Shown one piece after another: positions 25,885 through 39,830 of a stretch of DNA of 64,000 bases. The stretch comes from Eledone cirrhosa (lineage: Eukaryota): the NCBI GenBank assembly GCA_964016885.1, contig OZ024744.1, forward strand, positions 60,388,001-60,452,000, written 5' to 3'. Each line of letters begins with the position of its first letter. Position 1 is the stretch's first letter. The notes beneath the pieces are model-generated. The model did no database searches. It had not been told where the DNA came from and saw nothing but the letters and a program-made list of their open reading frames with translations. The position numbers were made by a program, and so were the translations under genes.

Positions 25885-26300
25885 CATACATATCATGTGT
25901 CCATACTAGAGCAATCTGCTCTCTTGTACACTACATCTGATTCCTCTTATGTTCAGTTTTCTCTAAGTTCATTAATGCTATACTGTGCATGAACATTAAC
26001 ATTACACATATATCAGAGCATGCTCAATTTATTTCTGTCCAGCCTTTACACATCCTCTACAGATACTGCACATCGCGCTATGCATGCAGAAATCATATAC
26101 AATCTGCTCTTTGCTCATAGACTGAAACACCTTGTCAACAGAGGTATTAATTGCCTGAAATTTTGTTCACCTTTTTATACTAGCTACTATGTTTTCAGAG
26201 TAAGCACCTACTTAGCTTATCAACATATGGGAAGCTATCAACTACTTCTTTGTTGCTTTCCCAGATTAGAAAAGGTTTATTTCACTGGTATCTTTCTACC
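25885..26300 (-). mobile_element. Old RTE LINE remnant
   Basis: Similar by eye to 7650-8030 (ATCTGATTCCTCTTAT, ATTACAC..AGAGCATGC, CTTGTCAACAG). Confidence 0.6.
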
Positions 26301-26519
26301 AACTATCCTTCTGCATCTCCCACATACAGTCTACTTTTTCTATTATCCTGCCTTCAATCCTACTACATCTCTTATGTTCCCGTATTTTATATTGTGAATG
26401 TGAGGCCTAACATTTGGGCTTAAATCTTGTGTTATTCATTTTTAAGAAAAGTGAAGTACAATGATATCTTTTTGCATTGAGCAGATTTTATGTTTTTCTT
26501 TGTTGAAGAAAGAGACAAG

Positions 26520-27000
26520 GTTGGTATGGCTCCATTAAAAGATGCTTTCCAGGTCTCTATTCATGGAACCATCAGTCTTAGTGTAAAATATCAAGATTGT
26601 ATGTATTGACATTTGGTTGGGGCGGGTTGTGGGTGAAAGGTTGTATCATGTGCATAAGTGTGGCTATTGTTGGACTTGATAGCTTGTAGGTTATTGATGT
26701 AGAGAAGCTAAAGTATGAGGGACAAAACATGAACCATAGGACACATCAGGGTTAATAAAGGGTGTGACAGAATACAATCAGCACTCACTGCAATAGTGTG
26801 ATTTGAGAGGAAGTTACTAATCCAAGAGATGATATATGAAGGAAACCCATAAGTGAGTTGTTTTAAGAGGAGATTTGCATGCCAAACATGGTTGTAAGTT
26901 GTGCTGTCAAGAGCAATTGTTTTCACAGAATTTCTAGGTCAAAATACCACTGGTGGGTGATGTAGGAGAGTGGATCTCCAGTAAATCAGAATTTATGTGG
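26520..27000 (-). mobile_element. CR1/Jockey-type RT remnant
   Basis: IALD....HVWHANLLLK..TYG....WISNFLSN.TIAV resembles ALDisKAFDrVWH..LL.KL.syG...WI.sFLs.R. Confidence 0.6.
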
Positions 27001-27245
27001 AGAGAGAGAGATTGGTATGTAGCTGTCTAATCCCTGTTAATCTAATCCCTGATATATGATAAAGTTAACTTCAGCTCCTATGGTCTGAAAATGACAAGAA
27101 TAGAATTTAGACTTTGATTTAAGAAATGAGGTTTCTAAAATTGCTGTGAAGTCCAAAAGAAAAGTACATCTTCAGATTTTAGAAAAAGGCTCAACATTGA
27201 GAAATAAATGATAAAAAAGATAAAAACAGTCTGGAAGATTGAATG

Positions 27246-27718
27246 TGTAGTGACCTACATTCCGCGGGCTCGCATACATTCTCTGTGCGTGATTTGGCTC
27301 AGTTCAGCCAATCAGCGCCAGTAGAAGAGGATGTATCCCTACGCGCCCTGAGGAAGAAATTCCCCGCGAAGATTTGAAGAATCTCTCTCTTGTACCGGAA
27401 ACTTCAAGCCAGCAACACGCATAATGTAACAGTGAGATATTGCACCACTAGCCTCGCCGGCTTAACGGCGCATTCCATTTTGTAACCTCTTTGTATCTGT
27501 AACTTCAACCATATAAATAAACATACATTCCATCTCTAATTACTGCTGTTGGGGTCGTTGTTATGTTACTCGTGTCTCAATAACATCTTTAATCCATGCT
27601 GCTGGAATTGGCGACCTGACGAAAGGAATATTGTAAATAGATGGTAAATAGATCGAGGGACCTTCCCTCACGTCTATGTCAACAAGATAATCCAACGAGG
27701 ATACTATCACTTACCACA
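27246..27718 (+). mobile_element. LTR-like segment
   Basis: Starts TGTAGTGACC like the LTR at 49036; CpG-rich; AATAAA ~27515; PBS-like TGGCGACC ~27609. No TSD found and the right end is uncertain. Confidence 0.4.
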
Positions 27719-28867
27719 CTGGCAACTAACGACCACTGATTCTACCACCCTGCTAAAGTGGCGATAGCATCTATAACTAATACTGCTAAAAATGTAAAAG
27801 AAGCTGGCAGAAATAAAACAATTAGTGTTGGAATTATAAGAATTTCTATTTTGATGATTTGATACGTCGGCTGTCGAGGAAGTTAGCATGGTTCAACAAT
27901 AAAACAAGAGATATCTTTTGGTAGAGGGATATTTGAATTGTAATGACAATAGATGTTGTGGTTGGTAGTAGTAGTAAAAGACAAACACTAAGACAAAACA
28001 TAAGTAGTGCCTCCAACTTTGATTGCAAAGGTATGACTTAATACTTACACTACCAGTTGTTATTTTCTATTACTAAAAGAATGAGTGGGAGATCTGTCTG
28101 TTCTTAAATAGCTCATCTTAAGGAGACACTTGCATTATACTTTCAAATGGCAAATCAACTACAGTTCATCAAAAATAAATTTCCAAAGACAGCAAACATC
28201 CATCCAGGGAAGCAAGCTAGTAGGTAGGTAGGTATGTAGATAGATCTAGACTTCTTAGAGACAGGACCATCAGAAGGAATATGGAAATTAAAAGGGCCCT
28301 CTCTTAAATATAGGTTCGGAGATATCCTATATGAAGTATATGGTAAGAAGGAGGAGATTGATAACTATGACATAGAGGGTAACTGAAAGTTTCAAATGAT
28401 GAAATCTGTGGCTGGAGCAAGGTACCAATGATAAAGTATTGACTTTATGCATTTGCACGGCGTGCTGCTGAAAATAGTGTACTGTCCACAATTCTGAATG
28501 GAAAACAGCAAAATTTATGGTGGAACAGAAAAAGTAATGTCTCTAAAATGATAAAAGATGGTATTGAAACTATTCTGCATCTGATTTTAAAGGTTTCTTC
28601 AGAGACAACTCACCCATTCCTCCATGGAAAATCACTTTTCTCCAGCCATTTTTAAAATACCTCAAATTTCATCAGTAGACTGGCAGTCATTTTGTTGCGA
28701 GGTAACAGACACATGATTTTCAAAACAGGAATTGACTGGCAGATGGCTGAAAACCTGTAGACATTGAAATTGATATGAAACAGGTTGGGTCTTGTGGCAG
28801 ATTTGGTTGGGTTGTTGTTGTTGTTTGTTGTTGTTGTTGTTGTTGCTGTTGGGGGGGGGGGGGGGGG

Positions 28868-29105
28868 TTCTAAACATTGCTTTGTTGTGAATTTAAATGG
28901 TAATAAGCATGACAAAGTCACACTTGTTCTTCTCATCAAAAAATATATCAAACCTGAGTTGATTATTTATAGCAATTCTTGGGCTGCCTACATAAATTTA
29001 AACAGTTCAGGTTATAAGGATTTTGCTATTAACCATTCTGAAAATTTTGTAGACAAAAAGAGTATAAACATACATACACAAAATAAAGATTTTGAAGAGA
29101 TTTGA
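28868..29105 (+). pseudogene. Merlin (IS1016/IS1595-like) DDE transposase fragment
   Basis: TLVLLIKKYIKP..IIYSNSWAAY..L...GY....INHSENFVD....IHTQN matches the IS1595-family core. Confidence 0.8.
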
Positions 29106-29225
29106 AAGAGCCAGTGCAAAGGTCGGGTATCTGGTCAAAATATCAAAACTTATTACCCTACAAGTATGAAAAGTCAGACATAAAACGATGATGATGATGA
29201 TTATAATGATATATATATATATATA

Positions 29226-29580
29226 TCATCATCATCATCATCATTTTACGTCCACTTTTCCCTACTTGCAAGGGTGGGACGGGAACTGATTCTGGCTTGA
29301 TTTCTACAGCAGGATGCCCTCCATAACACCAACCTCATTTACAGTGAGTGCTGGGTGCTTTTTTTCCATGGCGCCTACACGACCACTTTACAGTGTGGGC
29401 TGGGTGCTTTTTTTTTTTGCCGTGGCACCTCCACGACCACTTTGCAGTGGAATGATAGGGAACCCAGTCCTATTATCTCATTTCTACAGCTGAGTAAACT
29501 GGAGCAATGTGAAATAAAGTGTCTTGCTCAAGGAAACAACACATCACCCGGTCTGAGAATTGAACTCACAACCTTTCGAT
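29226..29580 (-). mobile_element. RTE-tail fragment plus partial tRNA-derived SINE
   Basis: (CAT)n-TTTTACGTCCAC tail and ACTTTACAGTG repeats as in the RTE 3' UTR. AAAGTGTCTTGCTCAAGG..TTGAACTC at 29515-29570 is shared with 61345-61400. Confidence 0.65.
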
Positions 29581-29700
29581 ACATACATACATACATACAT
29601 GATGATGGCTGCCCCCTCGCTATCGAGTATGGCCATTGCACGAGGAGAAAAAAAAAAAAAAATTAATAAATAAATAAAAAATAAAATAAAAATAAAATAA

Positions 29701-29734
<34 letters not shown>

Positions 29735-29903
29735 ATATACATATATACGCACACATACATATACACACACACATATACATTAATAACAATAATAATAATA
29801 ATAATAATAATAATTAATAATATACATATACATATACATATATATATATACACATACACGCACACACATAAACATATCTATACACACACACACACGATAG
29901 CAA

Positions 29904-30130
29904 CTAACAGCGCTGTGATCGAATGTGGCTTTTTAGCCCAGCCAATGATCTAAAATGTCTTGCACAGAGTCGGCAACCAAAACATTCACTGGGAATAGTC
30001 GGCTGTGGTGGGAGTTCATGAACTTTTGCATGTTGCTTGAGCCCTCCTGCTGATTTACATTCTCTACCACATGCTTGGCAAGCATGATGAGTAGCATCTC
30101 CAACAGCAGCCTGGTAGTCAACCACTGGTC
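29904..30130 (-). pseudogene. Twin zinc-finger fragment, probably a LINE ORF C-terminus
   Basis: CQACGRECKSAGGLKQHAKVH and CRLCARHFRSLAGLKSHIRS; no TGEKP linker; bounded by microsatellites. Confidence 0.55.
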
Positions 30131-30194
30131 TTACTTTATGACATACATACAAACATACATACATACATACATACATACATACATTATTATTAAC

Positions 30195-31335
30195 TAGAGA
30201 AAAAATTCCAAACATGGAAGCACGACCTAGAAAGAAAGGGTCTCAAAGTCAACCTGACAAAGACTAAAGTCCTTGTCAGTAGAAGAGAAAACAGAACCAA
30301 TATCCCCTCAGGGAAATGGCCTTACTCAGAATGTAGGAAAGGTGTAAGTAGAAACTCCATCCTCTGCCCCATATGCAAACTCTGGGTACACAAGAGATGT
30401 AGTGGGATCTCAGAAAGTTTAGTTGAGAATGTAGGCTTTACATGTAGCAGTTGCACCAGGGCAGTAAGCAGCAAAAGACCACAGGAAAGAAGCACTACCA
30501 AATTCTGGGAGGGCTCGGTAGAAACAGTAGACAGCTTCTGCTACTTAGGTGACCAAATTAGCAGCAGAGGTGGGTGTTCTGAAAGTACAATAACTAGGGT
30601 AAGAACGGGATGGAAGAAGTTCAGGGAGCTACTGCAACTGCTAACAGCAATTTTACATGGTAGTGAGACTTGGGCATTGTGTGCAGTAGACTTACCTAGA
30701 TTGGAAAGAAATGAAGCTTGCATGCTCTGATGGATGTGTAATAGTAATATACGCGAATGGCAAAGCATAAACGAATTGAGAGAGAGACTGAGCACAAGAG
30801 GAATCAAATGCTGTGTGTAGGAGAGGAGATTACGTTGATATGCACATGAGATATGTATGAAGGATGACAGCTGCATAAAAAGGTGCTGAGCGCTAAAAGT
30901 CGATGGAAGCCTTGGGGTGGGGAGACTTAAGAAGACCTGGGATTGCCCAATTACACCTCTCAAAGGTGATGACACACGACCGTGACCTCTGGCATTATGC
31001 AGTAATACAGAAGACCCAACTTCCCATGGGTACAAGCTGAAGCATATAAACAATATTCCCCCACCCCCACCGACTGAAATATGGTCGTGGAGGTGTCACG
31101 ACAAAAAAGCACCTAGTCCACACTGTAAAGTGGTCGTGTAGGCACCATGATAAAAAGCACCCAGTACTCACTGTAAATGAGGTTGGTGTTAGGAAGGGCA
31201 TCCAGCTTTAGAAATCAAGCCCAAATCAGTTCTGTATGAGCAAAACATGGTCACCTGACCTAGCACTGCCCACAATAGGATAACTCGTCAAACCCATGCT
31301 AGGTGGAAGAATGAACGTAAAACAGTGATGATATG
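30195..31335 (+). mobile_element. RTE LINE 3' fragment, same family as 7058-10030
   Basis: KFQTWKHDLERKGLKVNL, GKWP..CRKGV.RNSILC, LHGSETW; 3' UTR ending AACGTAAAACAGTGATGAT. Confidence 0.88.
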
Positions 31336-31769
31336 AAGGCTAGATTACATAACTTCTTTAATTATGCAATAGCTGTAATACATACGCACACATATAAATC
31401 AAGGTGTTTCATATTTATAGGGGAAAATGTTTTTGTTGGAATCACCTGATATTGATTGTGCACTGAATCCAGTTCATATAAAAGCTAAATAGGCAAAAGT
31501 ACAAGAAACGGATATATTTAGGGGTTAACAGTTTGGTGCTTTTTGAATGCTATAGCAAAAAAATTTTTTTTATTTATTTGATTGTGACCAGGTTCTTCTA
31601 CACTACCAACTACACCATAACCGCTTCCGCTGCCACCACCACCAGCATTACCATTATAACACGACCACTACCAATATCATAATTACTCAACCACAACTAC
31701 CATCGCCACAAGTGCTCTTGTGCTTTCTCTACCATCATATTGAACTTGGAGAGACAATTTCAGTTGCCG

Positions 31770-33690
31770 TAAAAGATGCTAGCCAGAAGATCCAGGAAGT
31801 GTTGGCAAAAGCAAATGACCCTACCAAAATGGAAAAAAAAATATCCATACTTCAACCAGGAAATTGTATAAGGAATATCAGGGAGTGAAAAAAAAGCAAA
31901 ATCAGGGATAACTGACAAAGAAATTGCAAAGCACAAGATTTGGAAAGGAGATCTTGAGAAAATTTTTGACATTCTCAAATGAAAGAATGTCCCATCTGAA
32001 GACAAAGCTTTCCTTGAGACACACCAAGAAGATTGGATGTGTTCATTCTTGGCTGATGTTGATGCAGAACATGTAAGAGCCATTCATGATATAAAAGTAA
32101 AAAAGAGAAAGCAGGACAAAGAATGCAAGAGGTTGTATGAGAAAGAAGCTCTTGAAAGTTCATCATCCAGTTCAGCTACTATTGATGATGATGATGGAAT
32201 TTTCAAGTCAGCACCACCCTGAAAATCACTGCGATTAAAGCCGACTCTTGACACCACTCTTGTTGATGAGCAAGTACATCTTACATCGCAATTAAAAGAA
32301 TCTTGGTAATGATATGTCTGAGCTCTCAATCTCCCCCTTAAATATATTGAGCAAGAACCAGTCACTATGGGAAGATGGTTCAGGAAATCAAGTTATCTGC
32401 TTTCCTATCTGAAAACAGATCCTGACTAGTCCTGCTCTGGGTTAGAAAATTATTACCATTGGCTTCTCGATTGAACATCAAATTGCAGTTTTAGTTACAG
32501 GAAAAGGAAAGGAGGTGCTCTTAGGTGTTCCAATTGCAAGAGATGGAACCAGACATCAAGTCCGTGAAGTCGTTTTGAAGGAAATTCAACAAAATTGAGG
32601 ATAGAATAGTTGGTATGTCCTTTGACACCACAGCCTATAACACCAGCTAGGGAGCCAATACAAAAATTGAAGCAGCTCTGAAAAAATCCATCTTGTAGCT
32701 GGCTTGCTACTATCACATTCTTGAACTGGTTTTGAAGAAAGTCTTTGAGATCTTTTTACTCATCATCTGGTCTCGGCCTCCCACTGTTTAAAAAATTCCA
32801 GGAACATTGGGACTCCATCAATAAGTTGTATTATCAAACTACCCTGGATGATGATGATGAGCCCATGGAAGATTTTTACATGAAAAAAAAGAGGGAAGAA
32901 ATGGTTGAATATCTACGGACTATACTGCTTTCTGGAGATCATCCACGAGAAGACTATGTCGAGTTCATAGAACTCTCCCTTGATGGTTGGCCATCTTTCC
33001 AGTACTCCTTCTCGGTCCTAGGAGCTTACCACCAGGCTCGTTGGATGGCTAAGGCCATATATGTGATCAGGACAGTTCTGTTCAAAGAACAACTTAAACT
33101 TACACCATGTGAGTCGATTGATCTACAAAAAGTCGCTTACTTTGTGACTTTTGTGTGCGTAAAATTCTAGAATGGAGCAATGGTTCCCAGATGGGTTTCA
33201 AAGAATGATCTTATTTTGATGAAGCTACTACCAATGTATCCTGACCAACAGATCAAAACTGTTGCAAAGACTGTCCTTTGGTGTCACTTGGGGTACTTGT
33301 CAGAAGATTTTGTAGCACTGGCTTTCTTTGACAAAAGAGGATGAAGAAGGTCGAAAGGAAAGGAATGGTTTTCAGCAACAAAGGACTGAGTGACTTAGTT
33401 ACGAAGAAAACAAATAACATTTTCCATCTTCTTGACATTTTTCCAAACAATTTGGATTTTTGCACTGACAGCAATATGAAAGCATCTATTGATGCTCTGA
33501 AAGATGTGAACAACACTGCGGAGCAAGGTAATTATCTCATAAAGAAGTTTAATGATTCTATGAAGGATGAAAATCAGAAACAGTTCCTCCTAAAAATAAT
33601 GAGGAGCAAAGGAAACAAGTGCCTCAGTGGCCAAAGGAAGATGTTTCCGGTTATAAATTTCATTCATAAAAAGTGTTTCTCTCTTTAACC
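31770..33690 (+). pseudogene. Decayed DDE transposase, hAT superfamily (probably hATm-like)
   Basis: GMSFDTTAYNT (~32612), LACYYHILELVL (~32700), PREDY.E..ELS, GAYHQARWMAKAIY, VNNTAEQG..LIK. Many stops; TIRs not established. Confidence 0.7.
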
Positions 33691-34889
33691 CCAAAATTAT
33701 TGTGTATTTAGAACGTATTCCTCCTGCTTATTTTGATTTCATTTCGTCCTGTCGTGTAAAGTGAACAGAAAAGACAATATACCACAGGCCAGATCCAAAA
33801 AAATCAACATAAATAAAAAGATGTGAAAGTGTGCAACTTCTAAATATTATTCAGTTGATCTATAATTCAAGAAACTTCATTATTTCCTCAACTCAAACAC
33901 AGGCATAATCAACATGAGATGATTGGTGAATAGTTTGCGAAATAGAACACCCTAACACACACACACACATACATATATAATGAGAAAACTCATCACTAGA
34001 GCAGCCGTTAAAACAGCTAAATGCTGTCAAGGATAGGGATGGGCAAAAATGCCTTAGAAGACAAAGACCAGCGGTCAACAGAGAGACAATCCACAAGGTG
34101 GGTGGCAGGCAGATGAAATATAGAAAAGACTGAGAGAGGAGGAAGTCAAGGAGGAGTGTGTTGATGTACAGAAGCCACTGGAAGAAGAAAATAAAGAAAT
34201 GGCTATTCTGGCAATGAGTTTTCTCATTTTTATATGTATTCAAATACACTCTTGCTTCATCTTGATCAGAGACAACAATGTTTTAACCTTATCGTAGCTA
34301 TGATTAGCTTTCTATTTAGGACTGACACCACAGCTTGAGGTCCACCATCCTATTATTTTATTTTATTTCACCCTACTATTTATGCTCTTTGTTTTATCAC
34401 ACACACATCATACCAGCAGAAAGATTTATTTTTCTGTTGCAAAATCCAACATTTTAAAATGGTATTCTCAATTAAATTGTGCAAAACTATTTTGTTGGTT
34501 TGAGAGCAGATGGGGGTGAAGATGTGTGTGTATAAATTTGTCTTATACATCTTTATTTTGTCTTATACGCCTTTCTTTATTTCCTTCTTCCAGTCACTTC
34601 TGTCCACCAACACACTGCTCCTTGTCCTCCTTTCTATATTTGAAAACAACAACAAACTGACTAGCTGATCTGTGATCTTTTGAGATAACTAAGAAATAGC
34701 TTCCTTTGTTAATAGATATATAAAATCTGTCAGAGTGCGACCAAGCCATTCTTTGATCAGGCAGCATTAACACCTTGGTGTAGCATCAATAACTGTTTTC
34801 TGGCAAATGGCGAACACCATCCTCACACACATACATACTCATACACCTCCATTAAATCAAGATGATGAATACATACATATATATATATA

Positions 34890-35705
34890 GCCAGAGGAAG
34901 AACAGGTTGGAGAAAGTTCAGGGAGTAACGACTGCTGCTAACTACAAGAGGTTTTCCCTCAAAATGAAGGGCAGATTGTATGATACATGTATACGAACAC
35001 CAATTTTGCACAGTAGCAAGTCCTGAGCACTGCATGCAGAGGATCTGTGAAGATTGGAAAGAAATGAAGCTTCCATGCTTTGATGGATGTGTAATGATAA
35101 TATACATGAATAGCAAGGCATAAATAAACTGAGAGAAATTGGACATAAGAGGGATTAGATGCAGTGTGCAGAAGAGGAGATTGAGCTGGTATGGACATGT
35201 GAAGTGTGGATGACAGCTGCATAAAAAGGTGCAAAGGGCTCAAAGTTGATGGAAGTTAGGAAGACTTGGAATGAGATGATAAAAGCTGACCATGCACAAT
35301 TGCACCTCTCAAAAGCTATGATGCAGGACCGTGATCTCTGGCATTATGCAGTAATACAGATCACCCAATGCATAGGGTCTTAGGAATACATCTAGTATGC
35401 ACCACCTTCCCCTCCATCACTCCTCCCATACACCTCCAGGTTGTAACAACCCACCTACGTCCTAACACTCCAACCCTCATCCATGCTCCCAGATCTACCT
35501 CCCCAATTCCCATGCACCTCCCCCACCCAAATCCCCAGTCCACACTATAAAGTGGTCATTTTGGTGCCACAACAACAATGACCAAGTCCACACTGTAAAG
35601 TGGTTATGTTGGTGACACAACAAAAGTGTCCAACCTACATGGTAAAGTGGTCATGTAGGTGTCAACAAAAAACACCCAGTCCACACTGTAAATGCGGTTG
35701 GTGTT
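34890..35705 (+). mobile_element. RTE LINE 3' fragment
   Basis: RTGWRKFRE, TTRGFSLK, GACCGTGATCTCTGGCATTATGCAGTAAT and CACTGTAAAGTGGTC UTR repeats; cut at 35705 by the Tx1-like LINE. Confidence 0.85.
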
Positions 35706-35709
35706 TTAT

Positions 35710-38700
35710 ATATATCTTTCTTTATTTGCCACAGGGGCGTACAAAAATAGGACATTACAAGACGTGACGGCGGGGGTTTTACATAAAAATCATATAACTT
35801 TAACATTAATAAATAACAATAAACTATATATAATAAAATAATTGAAATCCCCAATGGGGGTAACATTACTGCAGGGTTGTTTTACACAACAACCCTCAAC
35901 ACCAGGAACACGTTTTGTAGGTGTTCCTGACTTCCCTCTGTTTATCTTCCTCAACCTACAGGTTTATATACAGAGAAGGCCCATTCACCTGGGCCATTTT
36001 CGCCACATTCACCCACCTTTCAGCGAATTTACTGGGGTGTAGCACCTCTCTCTCCACTCTCACCTTCCTTCTGAAGTGATACTTAAAGAAGAGGATAAGT
36101 TGTTGTCCGGAGAGAAAAGTGTTTGCCCGCAGTCTTTTAACCTCGTCCACCATATTACCTCTTTCGCCATAGCCACCAGACAGAGGAAAACCGCCTCTCC
36201 TTCGTTCTTAAATAAAGGCGGCGGGGTGATCCTCACGATGGACTCGGCTGACAACTGGATGCGTCCCACACATGACAGCAGCTGTTCGACATAATTCCAC
36301 AGGTCGGTCACCCCTGTGCACTGAACAATTGCGTGCAGAACGGTTTCGATGTCCTGCTTGCATCTTGGACAGGTCCTTTTGGCAGGATCTCTGCCAGGGC
36401 GTCCGTGCCTGTAGATTTTGTCTCGAACTGGTAGAGCTCCTCAGTAGCACTGCCAGGCCGGAGACCTCTGGAAGTTATCCATAGGCCCTGGACGGAAAGT
36501 CTTCCTGAACAGTTCGTCCTTCTCGATGCCTAGAGTTTCCTCAAGAACGTTGTCACACTTATCCTCCACTAATCCCCTATAGAATGTCGAAGTGGAGTCT
36601 CTGCTGATTGCCGTTTCCGCTTGGTAGAGGGCTGTAAGCGCCTGTAGGCACTTGAGGTGCCAGGCACCCATTTTCACATGACCCATTTTTTCGCTTAACC
36701 CAGGACTGTAGCTCTGTTAGTGAGACGAGTTGTGGAAGAACTTGTCTCACAAACGACAGCCACACCGGTTCACCGGTCAGGCATACCTGGAGATGGCGTA
36801 GCCTCAGCGCGTGTTTGCGCATCATCAGCCACGGTATGCCCAGCTCTCCATTAGAAGGGTGTTGACAGCAGATGGATCTCGTCACCAATGGAGCCTGTTT
36901 CTTCCAGAGAAACTTGAAGAGTAGGCGTTCCATTTTGGTAAGGTATTCGCAGGGGCAAGGCTCGACTGTCCAGTGATAGTAGTTGACAGACGCTATGTAA
37001 TTGTTCACCACCTTCTCGACCTTTCAAGGAAAGTTTGCACTCAGCCCACTTCTAGGTGAGTACAAACACCTTCGCCGTGACCTCGTTCCAGTTCTTGTCC
37101 ACCTGGAAGTCTGGACCAAACCAGACCCCGAGCAATTTCACCGGTCCTTCCGTCCAGCGTCCAACGACACTGTCGGAAGGCATGGGTTTGCCTCTCCATG
37201 TGCCAAGTTGCAAACCGACAGACTTGTTTGGATTTAGTCTTGCTCCTGTCAACATTTCGTATTCCTGTAATAGGTTGCCGATTACCCCGATTTCCGAGGT
37301 TTTCGACACCATTACGGTTACGTCGTTGGTATAGGCCAACACTGCTTTCCGCAGTCCTGGTTCGATCAGGATGCCCTGCAACAGCTCCAACTTTCGCAGT
37401 AATGGCTCGAGAGTCAGTACATATAGAATGAAGGAGAGAGGGCATCCTTGACAGAAGGAACGCATGATTTGGAATGGCTCCAATAGGAAGCCATTCACCT
37501 TGACTACAGAGCAGATGATGGTGTGCATGGCAACGATCCAGCCTCTGAAGATGGGACCGAAGCCAGCCACCCAGCCACCTTGAGAACTGCTTCCAAATAT
37601 TGATGGTCGACCCTATCAAATGCCTTAGACTGATCTAAATTGATCAGAGCCCCACCGAAGCCAGGTTTACACCCTACCCTCTCTCTGATGTATCGCATGA
37701 GGTGGAGGTTGTCATGTATGGACCTGGTCGGCATTTCACACGTTTGGGCTTCCCTTACCAGGTTCTCGACGACAAGCGCCAGCCTTGCTGCTAACAACTT
37801 GGCCAAAATCTTTAACTCTCTGTTGAGCAGAGTTATGGGCCTGAAATTGCTTATCTCATCCCCCTTGTTCTCATCTTTCCGGATCAGTGTTACTAAGCCT
37901 CTGCCTACAGACTGGGAATCCTCCCGTTCTGCTGCCAGTTGCAGTAGACCGCTTCGAGGACGCCAGAGAACAAGTCTGGCATGCCTATGTAAAACTCATA
38001 GGGTAGACCATCTAAACCGGGTGATTTGCGTTTCCTGCAGCAGCCTAGGGCATCTTCTATTTTGCCCGCTGTGATCGGCCTTTCGCAATTCTCTGCATCC
38101 ATGCTCGAGAGTCGCGGTACGCCGTTGAGGTAGGAGCTGAAGTCCATCACCTCGCTTGATGTACCGTTTTGCCTGAACAGTTGTGCAAAATGCTGCTGGA
38201 AGGCCGTGCACATCTGCTTGGATTCAAGTACAATGCGTCCATCTTTGTCTTGTAAAGACTGAATTGTGGATTTGTTGCCACTTTTCGCCTCTGCCGGGCG
38301 CAGCTAACAGCTTTGGCTCCCTCATTTCTTAGAGCATGTGTTCTACTTCTGACAATACAACCTTCGTGTTTTACATTGAAGAACTGGTCTAATGCCATTC
38401 TCGCCGCTAGCACGTCAGCTGTACTGCCATTCCTAAGTGCTTCTTCTATTTTAGCTACCAGTTCCTTTTTAGTTCTGTTTTTTTCTAAAGCTACTTCCTT
38501 GCTAAATGCTATCGATTCTATTCTAATTGCTCTCTTGAGAGAGCTCCACCACCTGTTGTTGACGATCGCCCCTGTCAACTGGCACTTAACTAAGGTGCTA
38601 ATCCGAAGGCCTACATCATCATCATCATCATGGATGTTAAACGAAAATGATGATGATGATGATGATCTAGGCCTTATGCGCCGGGAGCGACATGTTTAGC

Positions 38701-39830
38701 TTCCAGTATCCAGGTCCCTGTCTATGTGTTCTATCAAGGTTGACTACGCAGGTGACTAATTTGTGGTCTGAATAGGCAACCATGTGCATTTGTGGACAAC
38801 TTAATGTTTCCTTATCATTCTGTCTAATTAAAAATTTATCTAAATACGATCTAGAAGACCCAGTGCGGTTGCCCAACGTCCACAGTGGTGCACTTGAGAA
38901 GTCTAGTCGATATCTATCAGCCAGTTGGAATTGACTGATGAGATTTTTGAGGCCATTACACCCCCTCTATTATCACAAGCTCCTACATAGTCCCAACGAG
39001 TATCTAAGATGCCATTCCAGTCCCCCGCTAACACTAAGGAGCAAGACGTTCCTAGGAATGGCTCCAGATGCTTGAAGAACTCTGGTCGCAATGTCCCAGT
39101 CGGGGCATATACGGCCACCAGTCTGAAAGCTCCACCTTCACTACCATTCACATCCAGGACCACCAGGCTACCCTCTGGATCCAAGTGAATCGTCTGTATT
39201 TTGAGATCCAAGTTTTTTCGAAATAGAACGGCAACTCCCCCTCCACCTCCTGGCTGACAGAGAAATACGTAGATCTCAAAATCCTCGAACATGGGGGTTA
39301 GCTGATGGTTGTCGTGAATCCTGGACTCAGTGATGGCTATCACATCTATACAATGTGACCTGAGATGATTTAAAAGCTGTCCCTGTTTCCAGGTCATGCG
39401 CAGGACATGTACATTCAAACATCCAGCTTGTATTGTCGCCATGTTGGTGAAGAAGAGTTAAGGAGAGAAAAGGCAGGAACACTTACCTTTTCGTTTCCTG
39501 GAGGTCGGGTTTTTCGATCTCCATGTCCAGATTGGTGGTGTTTGTGGAGGGAGGGAATCCTTTTAGCAGGACACGGTTAAGGGGCTTTTGGCGGGGGGGG
39601 GGGGGCACATCAAGTGGGAAGTTCTCTTTTAAAGTTTCATACTGTAGGGTTGTTACCTTGATAACTTTGAAGTTTGGGAGTGGGTCGTTGGTGGGGAAGG
39701 TTTTCCCTTCCGTTTGTATTGTGGGGTCCTTTCGGACAGTTTCCACCAGTTCTTTGTTTCTTGTTTTTATGTATGTGTAATGTGTTTTGTTTTTTATGTT
39801 TTATATATTGTTTTTTTTGTTTTATAAGTT
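35710..39830 (-). mobile_element. L1/Tx1-clade LINE, near-complete ORF2, decayed
   Basis: APE domain (CLNV, ITES, VYAP, AGDWN, SDH, GPGYWKLN); KSPGLDGL; NLDQSKAFDRVDH; QGCPLS; AYTNDV; C-terminal zinc knuckle; ORF1 tail 39483..39746. Confidence 0.92.

Noticed and set aside
29904-30215. Host C2H2 zinc-finger gene exon
   Set aside because: No canonical linkers or clear splice sites; the motif fits LINE C-terminal fingers better.
39476-39492. Minus-strand AG|GTAAGT splice donor
   Set aside because: Coincides with the TAA stop of the LINE ORF1 remnant; no matching acceptor seen.
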